A stretch of 59,596 bases of DNA from a virus (lineage: Duplodnaviria > Caudoviricetes). The stretch spans positions 1 to 59,596 of the IMG/VR virus record IMGVR_UViG_3300046006_003099, one strand, 5' to 3'. The position numbers were made by a program, and so were the translations under genes. Shown here one piece after another: positions 48,501-57,912 of this stretch; the stretch's first letter is position 1, and every line of letters begins with the position of its first letter. The notes beneath the pieces were generated by a model, which saw nothing but the letters and a program-made list of their open reading frames with translations, was not told the origin of the DNA and ran no database searches.

Positions 48501-51150
48501 TACCATTTGCCGACTTCTCATCTATTAAATTTCCGTAAAGGGAATCTTCTCGTATCTCTTTAAACAAATTTTTAGAATTGTTTATTATATCATTAACATC
48601 AAAAAGTATGTATTCTGCCTCTGGACTAAACGCACCACTTATTTTAAAACCATCAATTTTAGGTAGTGAATTTTGTTCATTTAGAACAACTAAATTATTA
48701 CTGTCGATAGTTACATTATTTTTCCAATAATTTGTATTTTCATAAACAGTACTATCTCTATTCATTTCATCTAATAGATTTATTATTATTTCCCTCACAG
48801 TTTTTGAATATATTGTTCTGTTTGCTGCAATAGCCTCTAATTTTGAATAGTCCGATATAGAGTCTAATCCAGTACCTTTTCCAAATAAAGAATAGTTATC
48901 TAATAAAACTGATCTAGTAACAAATTTTTCAACAAGTTCTTCTTTTATACTATTAATATCATTTAATAAATTAATTTTTAACCAAGGATTTGTTTTATAG
49001 TCGATTGGGTTTATTGGAAACCAATTATCAGTATCTAAACCATTTTTTAATGTAGATGCTTTAGTTACCTCTTCTAATGTTTTCCTCTTTGATACTAATA
49101 TCTCAAAGACTTCCTCAGTAAATTTCCATTCAGGGAAATCATTAGGGTTAATCCCACTTACATCTCCAATATATATTTCTTCAGAACTACCGTCATTATT
49201 TTTTTGATAGACTGACGGCCATGCAGCACTATTAATACCTGTAGGTATATCAGTATCATACCTACTTAAAAGTGAACCTCTACTACTAGCCTTACTTTTT
49301 TGTTCTGACTCAGAACTGATATCGTAAATAGTTTCAATCATCGCCTGAGTATTATTCGCAATAATCTCAAAACAATTATCAATTGTTGGTTTAAAACCAA
49401 ATTTATCTTTAAAGTTTTTTAATAGTTGTTCATTAATTTCAGATTGTACAACCTCTCTTTGTACTTTAATAATTTCTTCAAGTTCAATTATAGAGTATTC
49501 TACTAATTCTCTTTGTTTTCTAAAATCAGCAACTAACACTTGACTATTTTTTGTCATTGTTTGGGAATAAAAAACACCATCAGTAACTAATTTTTTAAAT
49601 AAATCCATATTAAAAGAATTATTTTTACCTGATGTATCACCGTCATAACTATTACGAAGATTTAAATTATTTGTTCCACCACTAAAATAAAATAAATCTA
49701 AAATATCTTCATATTTTTTTGCAGAAATTTTACCGTCAGTGTTTTTTGTTGGAGGTACTATATAGTCTTCCCAAGCATTCTCATTTAAAATGTTTGGGAA
49801 CGAATTAATTAATTCTTGATCCTTTGCATTTGCTTTATTTTCATTTCCTGAAATTTTTTCTGTTTTCTTTTGGTTTTTTTCTTTTGCTTCCGTTACAGTA
49901 TTTGTTGGTTTATATTCAGTTCTTTTGTCTGATGACAAATATTTTTGATATTTTTCTATAATATCACTTAGTGTTGTTATATATGATTTAAATGCCCCCC
50001 TATTAACTGAATTAAATACTATGTAATCTCTTATTGAAAAATAATTATTTTTAACTTTAAGTTCATCGTCTTTTATTGTTGTCGTCTCAATAACATTTTT
50101 ATTATTCTCTAACTGGATGAATGGTTTACTATCCGTAACATTATTTTCTACGCTACCTTCATTGTTATTATTAGGTTCTTTAGTTAAACTTTTACCAATA
50201 AACGTTTGAATTGTTTTTAATATGTTTAACTTACCATTCAAATCTTTAAGAAATTGAAAACTATTAGAATCTGTTTTAATAACCTCAGTTTCTACTTGTA
50301 GTTTACCAATTTTAGTCATAAAATCATCGATTTTTCTAATATTTAAACCATCTTGTGTAATTACACCGTTACCTGCGTCACCTGTCCTTCTCTGAATTCT
50401 TTCATCAAAAATTCTATTTAAATTTGCAAAACCTTGTTCAGTATTTACAACACCAATAATATTACCCATAACCATATCGTTAAGGAATGCTTGTTGAAAT
50501 CCTAAGAAATTCGCTGAAATATCAAAATTACCTGTTGATCCATCAAAATTAGATGTCCAATTTACCATATGAAGACAATAATCCACCTTTTGCCCAAAAT
50601 AACCTTTTACTGAAAGTCTAAATACAGGATACGGCATTTTAAAAAATATACTATAGGGTGACAATCTATCATTATCTTCTATTACATCGAATAAGGCACC
50701 ACCTCTAACATCAGTAAAAGTTATATCAACTACTGGTACTAAACTAGCGTTGTATTTTATGTCAATAGATTTAATACCAAACCCTTCTAATATACCCGCA
50801 CTTCTAGTTTCTGAATTATTTAAACCACCAATCTGAGTCCATTCAGTGGTAGCATAAGTTTTTTGTGAAGATGGATCTATTTTACCATCTCCGTTGTAAC
50901 TTATTTTTGTTGAAATAAAATTAACTTCATCAGCTACACCACTATTAAATATAATTGGGTCACCTGCCAATGTGTTACCTCCATATGTAGTCCTACTTCT
51001 AGGATATGCGGAAAATTTGACATAAATAAATAAATCTTCAGGCGGTACTATGTCCATACCAGGTGGGTTGGGATCTACAACAAAAACACTCCCTTTGTTT
51101 TTATCATTATCTTTATTAGAACCTATTTCTTGTACATTATTTACATCCAT
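45541..51150 (-). CDS. Baseplate hub-like protein (1869 aa) with a C-terminal degenerate GH19 lysozyme/chitinase-like domain
   Basis: Hub-type segment CKVESLGCMNIQPLMYFDLQNVPFFNGAYLITSVSHNI. The C-terminal GDAYRFRPRGFLYIVGRKQY resembles GH19 GDGxxYRGRGxIQLTGRxNY. Confidence 0.68.
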   Translation of the reverse strand: MDVNNVQEIGSNKDNDKNKGSVFVVDPNPPGMDIVPPEDLFIYVKFSAYPRSRTTYGGNTLAGDPIIFNSGVADEVNFISTKISYNGDGKIDPSSQKTYATTEWTQIGGLNNSETRSAGILEGFGIKSIDIKYNASLVPVVDITFTDVRGGALFDVIEDNDRLSPYSIFFKMPYPVFRLSVKGYFGQKVDYCLHMVNWTSNFDGSTGNFDISANFLGFQQAFLNDMVMGNIIGVVNTEQGFANLNRIFDERIQRRTGDAGNGVITQDGLNIRKIDDFMTKIGKLQVETEVIKTDSNSFQFLKDLNGKLNILKTIQTFIGKSLTKEPNNNNEGSVENNVTDSKPFIQLENNKNVIETTTIKDDELKVKNNYFSIRDYIVFNSVNRGAFKSYITTLSDIIEKYQKYLSSDKRTEYKPTNTVTEAKEKNQKKTEKISGNENKANAKDQELINSFPNILNENAWEDYIVPPTKNTDGKISAKKYEDILDLFYFSGGTNNLNLRNSYDGDTSGKNNSFNMDLFKKLVTDGVFYSQTMTKNSQVLVADFRKQRELVEYSIIELEEIIKVQREVVQSEINEQLLKNFKDKFGFKPTIDNCFEIIANNTQAMIETIYDISSESEQKSKASSRGSLLSRYDTDIPTGINSAAWPSVYQKNNDGSSEEIYIGDVSGINPNDFPEWKFTEEVFEILVSKRKTLEEVTKASTLKNGLDTDNWFPINPIDYKTNPWLKINLLNDINSIKEELVEKFVTRSVLLDNYSLFGKGTGLDSISDYSKLEAIAANRTIYSKTVREIIINLLDEMNRDSTVYENTNYWKNNVTIDSNNLVVLNEQNSLPKIDGFKISGAFSPEAEYILFDVNDIINNSKNLFKEIREDSLYGNLIDEKSANGINSIVKGPSFYKNFYSKSNNLTTYNSFNVWDLDVCKNLLKTSGDILGDLNKTNLEDYNPYGGTYNSKYINITNLETTNSVDYDDLMTDSDLYKNQSSNYARALLLLSTFPFRDFKEGFLNSIFPGDNFNGARIINIPKMYIYFIGGLLWRYESSIDPINFGVFNNKDYSQFATPKEEYFSKVGYNNKKKSIEENLKKLPISTKTTLINLFKNWVDNQNFNNTFNGTFEKNVNTLVSPLNSISGNTNDVNSSKEFILSALKQTTNMIVLNPRIFYDKLEPSALKISNNSIAEYIKSFKDSFKKQEETNKNGNSSNSEEVKQSENKSTVKLKLQLYNYFKNINSKWVGSDRKGFNICGGNSETPLIDYFRFIDRGWNDIGDKATFNLKSFLTLGSNLDTSVYFFMSKLLRDSNFLFQILPTYINYKSRVEVAKIFKPQTTLEGSESQGPIFCCIYIGGASQALDIKERNNNFFSNDGYSFSNPNDPNSKNDAPPDILNNGENSLVAFRVAFGAQNQTIFKNVSLSQQEHRETGEYFKALSDLVDKRGGTQKTYVGTDLLRLFKTRSYSCKVESLGCMNIQPLMYFDLQNVPFFNGAYLITSVSHNISPNHMTTNFEGLRQSKFIAPPNTEITADLDIDLNEISDVPKIEFTNLQTVSGFGVREGITPDDLFDFEGNFGGVTGLSNFRNLGVTTYTDADLTKVLNTLTDEFKKNQILTNTQVTMLLSAMLANSENFVNKEMPWDDPNKEEHVVKFPNTDPASGQTRYYIYKPGDGALSSTPTSVSGLDIAKAYQIAGNEKLNEFQLNDNIESKLKDKIKERDGLNPNDPANANKIASLNKIIDNLNEEDKNQITTTKYFNIFDGDAYRFRPRGFLYIVGRKQYYQIYEDFNKGGEVAIQSPYELSNTVEGAIQASIAQWKFYKGKDVNSPFFYTSQKNNGTLATYKKCIDTAHQWSPPTVDKSIETLQNVLTIFIGKDKQPLIDYFKPA

Positions 51151-51153
51151 AGT

Positions 51154-51483
51154 TTATGATTTTTGGACATATAATGACTTATATTTATTAACTTGATCAA
51201 TATATTGTTGTAAACTATCCCTCAAAGGAAAAGGTATTCTTATTATTTCTTTATCAGGAATATTTTCTTCTACACCGCCAAATTGTGGATTTGCTAATAA
51301 AATTAACCAACCGTGATAAGGGTTGTCATAAAATTTTTGACTTAATTTATCTAAACGTGTAGTTATAGTATCGTAAACAACTGATTTATCACTACTTTTA
51401 GTAGGTAATATGATATAAGGTAATGGTAAATATTTACCATCAAACTTAAAACTCTGATATCTATCATAATATTCTTTTCCCAT
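51154..51483 (-). CDS. Baseplate wedge gp53 / LysM-like (tail X-like) protein
   Basis: RLDKLSQKFYDNPYHGWLILLANP...IIRIP. Confidence 0.8.
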   Translation of the reverse strand: MGKEYYDRYQSFKFDGKYLPLPYIILPTKSSDKSVVYDTITTRLDKLSQKFYDNPYHGWLILLANPQFGGVEENIPDKEIIRIPFPLRDSLQQYIDQVNKYKSLYVQKS

Positions 51484-51487
51484 AATA

Positions 51488-54400
51488 TTAGTTTATCCCT
51501 TTTGCGGTAACAGTAAAGTCTTTCTGAACTTTTGTTTTACCTTTATTTTTTGTGAAGTACGCAACCACTTTAATTTTATCAGATTTTGTCTTCAAATATA
51601 ATTCTTTATCTTGTTGCGCAAATTTTAAATTATTTTCTGCAGATTTTAGTGCTTTTTGAGTTGTTGGATTTTTATCATTTTCAAAAATTGCCTTTGCAGT
51701 TGCCAGTTCATTTTCTCTATTGGTAATGATGTTATCCTTTGTTTTAATTTCATCAACGTTTGCTAAACCCGTTATTTCTGATAATAGAAGTTTTAAATTA
51801 TCATCCGCTGGACCAACTTCAATATCCTCTGATCCAGCGGATTTAACTATCATAAAAAGTCGGTTTTCGGCATTTGCACTATCTTCTTTGTCGGTTGGGT
51901 TGGTTTTACTTGGTGCTTTCCCACCTCTTGTATTTGCAACTATCTCCTTATCATTTATTATTTTTATTTCTATTGGGTTATCTGATTCAACTTGTTCTGT
52001 GTTAGTATTTTTTTCATCTTGTTTTACTTGATTAATAGTGGGTTGAGTTTTTAAACTACCATAAATAGTTTTAACTTTATCCTTACCAATTAATTTTTCT
52101 TTAAGTTGACCTAATTTAACTCCATCCACTATTTTTCCATCTTTAACTGTATCGGAACGTACATCATACATTTCAGTATTTGCGTAATAATTAAAAGATA
52201 CTGCGTTTTGTAACCTATTAATTGGTCCAACTAATGAATGTCCACCTATTAAATCAATACTTAATTGGACTGAAGCAATCATTGGTTGTACACCAATACC
52301 CTCTGGATTAGTATCCCATTTAGGACCATCATAAGAAATTTGTAATGAGTTTATTGCGACTTTAGTGTGGAAGAAATCCCCAATTCTTAGAATACATATT
52401 GGAGGTCTACCAAAAGAAAGGTTTTGTGGTTGAACACCAACATCTACACCGTCCTTAGAAGTTGGTTTATCGTAGATACTTGGACCTTGTCTCATACACT
52501 GATTAAGGAATGTTAATCTACTATTAAACCCTTCTGGTGTTATACTATGAAAACCTGCATGAAAATATCTAATCTTTTCAGATATTGTTTTAAAATAGTT
52601 TGGGTAATTTGCATCGATAAAATCGAAATATGGTCCCTCATCAATAATTAGATTATCAATTAAATTAATTGCCTCTGTTGGATCTATTTCTTCAGGCGTT
52701 TCACCTTTTTCAGGTGGTTGTGCCTCCTTAGAGTTTTCAGTATCATTTTCCATCTGTACATCCACTCTATATGAATTAGCGTCGTTTGTACTAACACTAA
52801 CACCACTTTCAATTTTTATAGGGGATATGTTTTTATATGTTTTAATATCTAAATTTTGATTTAAAAAAGTTAATAATTTTTCTTTCAGATCTTTAGAAAA
52901 TGAGTCTGCCAATGTGGTGGGTATTACTGGGTTAACAAAATTACCTATTTGCACCTCTTGACTAGCAAAACCTTTAAGTGTTATTAAAACTTTAGGGTTA
53001 GTATTATTTAATTGTTTTTTTATAAACTCTAATACCTGTATTTTTATTTTATCAAAAGAAGGTTCATTTATTACCCTTTTAGCTTTACAATTTTCAGTTG
53101 ATACAGAACAATTTACATCTTCATCATAAATTACTGAACCTTTCTCCTGATTTTTTTCAGGTAAATTTGTTTTAGGATGTTCCTTTTCATTTATTTTTTT
53201 CTTAACTTCATCTAAATCAGTTTGAGGTACCACACACTCTAATGCCCTAATAAAATCTTCAGGTGTAACACAACCAGCAAAGAACCTTTCAACAAGGTTA
53301 TTATTTTGTCCTCTATAACAATTTATCACTCTTGGGTGATCGACTATTATCTTAAAAGATAAGGATCCACTTCTTTTAGAGTTGTTATATGTGTATACAG
53401 GTTCACTTCTACCTATAAATTCAGTAGGTGTCCAATTTGCACTAGTATTCTCATCAAATGTAAGTTCATAAGGTGGGAACCACATAATTCTACCTTTAGT
53501 ACCTGTTAATGGATCACCAGGACCAATTTCAAATAAAGGTAAATCTGCCAAATTATCTGCCCAAGCCAAATTTTCCAAAGATAACATAAATTTCTTTCTA
53601 GTAGTCTTTGAATCTAATATACTAGGATGATACTTAGGTATCCCATTCTCCATTAAAACACTAAGTGATGCCTTATCTTGTCTCGCTGAAAATCCTTCAC
53701 CAGGACTCTCCGCGTTAAAGAATAGTCCTGTGTTCCTGATTGCGTTGAAATAACTGTATCTATCGTTTACAGTCCATACCCTACAAAAATTAGTATTACC
53801 ATCTACGTCTATTAACGCCAATTCTCTAATTGCATTACCTCTACTTATAATCCTATCTTGTTCTTTATCTCTAAAGTATTTTTTAGTTTGGTTAATAAAG
53901 ACATCGTTTTCACTATTATTAACTAATTGTTGTGTTTTATATAATAATGTCTTAGGGTTAAAGTTTTGTTCACCACCAGTTGTCCAGAAAAATTTATTTT
54001 CTTCACCTGATGGTTCACCTACACCTTCAATAGTAGTTCTTAACCCATTACCAGTATTATCTGTTTCACCATTAAAGTCTTTACTAGTAAATCTTGTGGT
54101 TATTCTATTACCTCTGTTAGTATTTCTTTCGGTTCCAACATAGTATCTTGAATTAATTCCTGCGTTATCCGTACCTGACAATCTACTATCTTCATATTGT
54201 GGTCGGTAACTATTTCTGTTTAAAAGATTAAATGCGAAGGAGACTTGTTGGGTACTTGTTCTTTCAAACAATACTTTCATTCTCAATTCTGTTGATAGAG
54301 TAGGCTCAACTCCCGATTGTATATCTAAATTTGATTTTAATAATTCATCACCTGATTTAACACTACTATTATATTCATTCCAACCAACTGCTGCATTTGG

Positions 54401-55069
54401 TAGTGTATTATAGAATTGTGCACTACCTCTCATTCTATTAACATATTCGTTAACTCTATTACCTATAGGTTGGGTAATATACCCATGAATTAATTGTTCA
54501 TCATTGGTGAATCCTTCTACTTGACCAATTTTATCAATAATTGTTTTCTCCAATTGTTGTCCACCAAGAATACCTAATGAAGTTTCTTTTTGAAAATTTA
54601 GTGATTTATATGTATCGATAACATTAAAAGGGAAGTCTACACCTTTTTTAACTCCATTATTAATTAATGTGAATTGATCTTGATTATACGATATTGGATA
54701 AAATCCATTTGTTTTAGGACCAAATGATGTAGGTAATGGATACCATAAAACAGGTGGTACCTTTAATTCGAATGATATGTATTGATCATTTTGTGGTTTA
54801 TATTTATTTAAATTGACATTTTGTGTCATTCTAAATAATGTACCTAAAGGAAATAATTTCTTCTCTTCGTTATAATGGATAGGAATATTTTCACTCTGAG
54901 TACCCATCACAGGTACATTTATAACTTTACCAATGTCTTGTAATTTAGATACTAGTCCTGACTGAACTAATGTTTCGTTTACTGGTGGTGGTAAATTTCT
55001 ATTTAATAACCTATTCCTAAATTCTTGTGTAGAATAAATACCTTTATTATAATCTAATATTCCTGCCAT
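51488..55069 (-). CDS. Tail tube initiator / baseplate protein (gp48/gp54-like) with large insertions
   Basis: FDENTSANWTPTEFIGRSEPVYTYNNSKRSGSLSFKI and PPICILRIGDFFHTKVAINSLQISYD. Located between the tape measure and gp53-like genes. Confidence 0.62.
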   Translation of the reverse strand: MAGILDYNKGIYSTQEFRNRLLNRNLPPPVNETLVQSGLVSKLQDIGKVINVPVMGTQSENIPIHYNEEKKLFPLGTLFRMTQNVNLNKYKPQNDQYISFELKVPPVLWYPLPTSFGPKTNGFYPISYNQDQFTLINNGVKKGVDFPFNVIDTYKSLNFQKETSLGILGGQQLEKTIIDKIGQVEGFTNDEQLIHGYITQPIGNRVNEYVNRMRGSAQFYNTLPNAAVGWNEYNSSVKSGDELLKSNLDIQSGVEPTLSTELRMKVLFERTSTQQVSFAFNLLNRNSYRPQYEDSRLSGTDNAGINSRYYVGTERNTNRGNRITTRFTSKDFNGETDNTGNGLRTTIEGVGEPSGEENKFFWTTGGEQNFNPKTLLYKTQQLVNNSENDVFINQTKKYFRDKEQDRIISRGNAIRELALIDVDGNTNFCRVWTVNDRYSYFNAIRNTGLFFNAESPGEGFSARQDKASLSVLMENGIPKYHPSILDSKTTRKKFMLSLENLAWADNLADLPLFEIGPGDPLTGTKGRIMWFPPYELTFDENTSANWTPTEFIGRSEPVYTYNNSKRSGSLSFKIIVDHPRVINCYRGQNNNLVERFFAGCVTPEDFIRALECVVPQTDLDEVKKKINEKEHPKTNLPEKNQEKGSVIYDEDVNCSVSTENCKAKRVINEPSFDKIKIQVLEFIKKQLNNTNPKVLITLKGFASQEVQIGNFVNPVIPTTLADSFSKDLKEKLLTFLNQNLDIKTYKNISPIKIESGVSVSTNDANSYRVDVQMENDTENSKEAQPPEKGETPEEIDPTEAINLIDNLIIDEGPYFDFIDANYPNYFKTISEKIRYFHAGFHSITPEGFNSRLTFLNQCMRQGPSIYDKPTSKDGVDVGVQPQNLSFGRPPICILRIGDFFHTKVAINSLQISYDGPKWDTNPEGIGVQPMIASVQLSIDLIGGHSLVGPINRLQNAVSFNYYANTEMYDVRSDTVKDGKIVDGVKLGQLKEKLIGKDKVKTIYGSLKTQPTINQVKQDEKNTNTEQVESDNPIEIKIINDKEIVANTRGGKAPSKTNPTDKEDSANAENRLFMIVKSAGSEDIEVGPADDNLKLLLSEITGLANVDEIKTKDNIITNRENELATAKAIFENDKNPTTQKALKSAENNLKFAQQDKELYLKTKSDKIKVVAYFTKNKGKTKVQKDFTVTAKGIN

Positions 55070-55088
55070 ATATAATATTTTCTTATTA

Positions 55089-55096
55089 TATAAATA
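55089..55096 (-). promoter_or_regulatory. Putative phage late-promoter motif TATTTATA
   Basis: Intergenic, upstream of the tube-initiator gene ATG at 55069. Confidence 0.55.
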
Positions 55097-55258
55097 TTAG
55101 GTCTATAAAATTCAGGTGATTATTTATTATATAATATATTCAAGTATTCTTGTTTATTTAAAAATATAGAATTATTTCTTGAATAAACTGGTCCTTGCAA
55201 TAATAGTAATAATTTTCTGTAAAGTCAATAGTAAAATGAAAATATTTTATATTTTTTT

Positions 55259-57229
55259 TTAAACTGCCATATAATCAGAAGATTCTTTACTAGAAGGAAC
55301 ACCTCCATTTCTGAATGTACCATTTAAATGATTGATAATTGTTTTCTCAATCATAGGTTTTATAGACGCCATATCCATTTCTTTTGTAGAACCGTCAGGT
55401 GAAACTAATTCAATTCTACCTGATATATTTAAATTACCAAATTCAATTGTTGACGATGATGCCGTATTGTTACCACCAAATGCCCTATCCAACAACTTAT
55501 CTAAAGGTCCTCCTTTCTTTGCGCCAACAACATCATCCTCAGATGTAAACTTAGTTAATCCCCCACCAGATCTCGATAAAAAGTCATTATTTTCTTCTTG
55601 TGGTCCTCTATTATTCGTTGCGTCATCTTGAATTGTTCTAAGTTGTGTTAAAATATCATCTATAGATTCTGTAAAATCAATTTGATTTTTTGATAATAAT
55701 TCCTTTAAATCTTCTGATAAATTAATCTCAAATATTTTTTTAACTGTTTCACCTGAATCTAAACCTAAATTTTGTGATTGTTTTATCATGTCTTCTCTTA
55801 ACTTACCATATTGAGTTTCTTGTAATGCCGAAATCATAGTTGTAACTTGAGACTCTACTCCCTTAAATAAAGATTCCATACTTGGTCTCATTATATCTTC
55901 AGTAATTTCATAAGTATTAGATTCTGCAACATATCCTGTTTTCATCGCTTCTAAAATATTCTCTAAAATTTTGTTGGTAGTCATTGAGTTATAAGCCATT
56001 TCCATAATAGCCTCTTCCTCATTTTTAGGTGCTGCCAACATTTTTTCTGCTAAATCTACACCAATATCCTCAATACCTATTTCTTTTCCATCAAAATCTA
56101 CAACCCACTTACCATCTTTCATTTTAGCCATACTCGCTAAACCATCTCTCATATCCTCATCTTGAATATTTCCTGAAACGTTCATCTTAATGTCTTTAAT
56201 TTTTGATGATTGTCTAGCAATTTCTATCATACTATCAACATTGACACCTAATTGTTCACCAGCCGCCTTTAATTGCATTCTTGCCTCGGCAGGAAATTCA
56301 TATTCACCAGTTTCTTCATTAAACTGAATCATATTTTCAGTCATTGTCTGAACTTTCTTTGCCAACTCCTCAGGTTTGTTTCTTGCGAGATACATAGTTT
56401 CAAAAGGATCCCCAAATGCTTCTGCAACATCACCTCCTAACATTTGTAAATTTGCTACGGCTTCTATTGCTGCTTCAGGTTCATAAAACTTTTCTGCCAT
56501 ACCTAACATCTCACCTACATCCATTCTCATTTGCACTGCTAATTTAGCCATGTCAGTCATACCTTTTACCCCACCTTTAAATGACATAGTTGACATTTTA
56601 TCAAAATTATTGGATAATGTTTGTGCTACTTTACTAGCGTTTAAACCTAATTTTTGACTTTCTACAGTTAATGAATTTAACAATTTATTAGAATTATCAA
56701 CGCTCACACCCATCAAATCCATCCTTTCTAATAATTGACCAGCGCTTTGGTTGGTCAAATTTAAACCTTTAGTAAGTAAGAATATATTAGAAACTTCTTC
56801 AGGTGAAATTATTCTTGCCCTACCACTATTGTCTGCGAATTCTTCCATTATACTTTGAACATCCTGAGCCGATCCACCAAATTTTTGAATTTCAGAAGTT
56901 GCCCTATTAAATGTTTTAGTAAATTCTTGACTTCTACCTACTGATATACCTATATTTACTGCAGTACTTTTACTAGTTTCTGCTAATTTTTCCGCCCATT
57001 CATATTGAGCCTTAGAATCTGTAGCAAATTTCCTAAATTCTGTAGATATATTTTTTACTGAAAGTACTGCATCTTTTAATAAATTATTACTATCGCCAAT
57101 ATTTTTACTTACGCCAGCAGAAGACCTATCAATCTTGTCCATACTATCAGACATTTCATCTAATTTTGTATTTAGTTTATCAATCTGTTCCTGAAGGTCT
57201 TTTATGTCTTGTTCTGTAGGTGCTGCCAT
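55259..57229 (-). CDS. Tape measure protein
   Basis: Helical Ala/Met/Gln-rich protein (MAKLAVQMRMDV...AVANLQMLGG) located after the tail chaperone and before the tube initiator. Confidence 0.75.
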   Translation of the reverse strand: MAAPTEQDIKDLQEQIDKLNTKLDEMSDSMDKIDRSSAGVSKNIGDSNNLLKDAVLSVKNISTEFRKFATDSKAQYEWAEKLAETSKSTAVNIGISVGRSQEFTKTFNRATSEIQKFGGSAQDVQSIMEEFADNSGRARIISPEEVSNIFLLTKGLNLTNQSAGQLLERMDLMGVSVDNSNKLLNSLTVESQKLGLNASKVAQTLSNNFDKMSTMSFKGGVKGMTDMAKLAVQMRMDVGEMLGMAEKFYEPEAAIEAVANLQMLGGDVAEAFGDPFETMYLARNKPEELAKKVQTMTENMIQFNEETGEYEFPAEARMQLKAAGEQLGVNVDSMIEIARQSSKIKDIKMNVSGNIQDEDMRDGLASMAKMKDGKWVVDFDGKEIGIEDIGVDLAEKMLAAPKNEEEAIMEMAYNSMTTNKILENILEAMKTGYVAESNTYEITEDIMRPSMESLFKGVESQVTTMISALQETQYGKLREDMIKQSQNLGLDSGETVKKIFEINLSEDLKELLSKNQIDFTESIDDILTQLRTIQDDATNNRGPQEENNDFLSRSGGGLTKFTSEDDVVGAKKGGPLDKLLDRAFGGNNTASSSTIEFGNLNISGRIELVSPDGSTKEMDMASIKPMIEKTIINHLNGTFRNGGVPSSKESSDYMAV

Positions 57230-57232
57230 TTA

Positions 57233-57379
57233 TTAAGATTTGTTTTCTTCGAAATCTTTTTTTATTTTTTCAAAATCTTTCTTTATTTTTTCAAAAATTT
57301 TCAAAATTTCGTTATATTCCGATTTAGTTTTAGAATTCTCTACAATTTTTTTTATATTTTTAGTTATATTACCTAACAT
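57233..57379 (-). CDS. Small Lys-rich ORF (48 aa), not in the ORF track
   Basis: MLGNITKNIKKIVENSKTKSEYNEILKIFEKIKKDFEKIKKDFEENKS* fills the gap between 57381 and 57229 almost exactly, and has a 21-bp internal duplication. Confidence 0.55.
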   Translation of the reverse strand: MLGNITKNIKKIVENSKTKSEYNEILKIFEKIKKDFEKIKKDFEENKS

Positions 57380-57380
57380 A

Positions 57381-57878
57381 TTATTTAGTTTCAATAATTT
57401 CAAAGGTGGTTTCTTCTTTTAAACCACTTCTAGTCTTTTCACCAGAACTAATGTATCCAAACTCATTATAAAAAAGTTGTAATTCACCGAATTGTCTTGA
57501 CCTTCTTTGTAAGGTTTCATAATATAATAATAAACCTATTCTATAGTCCCAATCATTTTTTTGTAAAATTATATAATCATCGGAAAAACCAACTACATTA
57601 AATTTTTCTTGTCCGTAAAATTCATACTCAGTTTTTTTAACTGCAGATCTTACTGACGCTTTAATTTTATAAATAAAATCAATAACAATTGAAGTGAAGG
57701 GTAAAGTTTCTTTATTCTCATCATACATAAGTCTACTTTGTATACGAGAGTTTAATATATCCATCTTTTCTTTAGTCCGTTTAATACTATCCTTAACGTT
57801 ATCAACGTCATCAGATGATACATTTTCTATAAGAAAATTTAAATATTTTACAGTATTTAAAAATTTATTGATATTCAT
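57381..57878 (-). CDS. Hypothetical protein
   Basis: 165 aa ORF with TATTTATA upstream at 57891-57898. Confidence 0.65.
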   Translation of the reverse strand: MNINKFLNTVKYLNFLIENVSSDDVDNVKDSIKRTKEKMDILNSRIQSRLMYDENKETLPFTSIVIDFIYKIKASVRSAVKKTEYEFYGQEKFNVVGFSDDYIILQKNDWDYRIGLLLYYETLQRRSRQFGELQLFYNEFGYISSGEKTRSGLKEETTFEIIETK

Positions 57879-57890
57879 AGTACTTTTTTT

Positions 57891-57898
57891 TATAAATA
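57891..57898 (-). promoter_or_regulatory. Putative phage late-promoter motif TATTTATA
   Basis: Intergenic, upstream of the ATG at 57878. Confidence 0.55.
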
Positions 57899-57912
57899 TC
57901 TTAAATTTGAGT

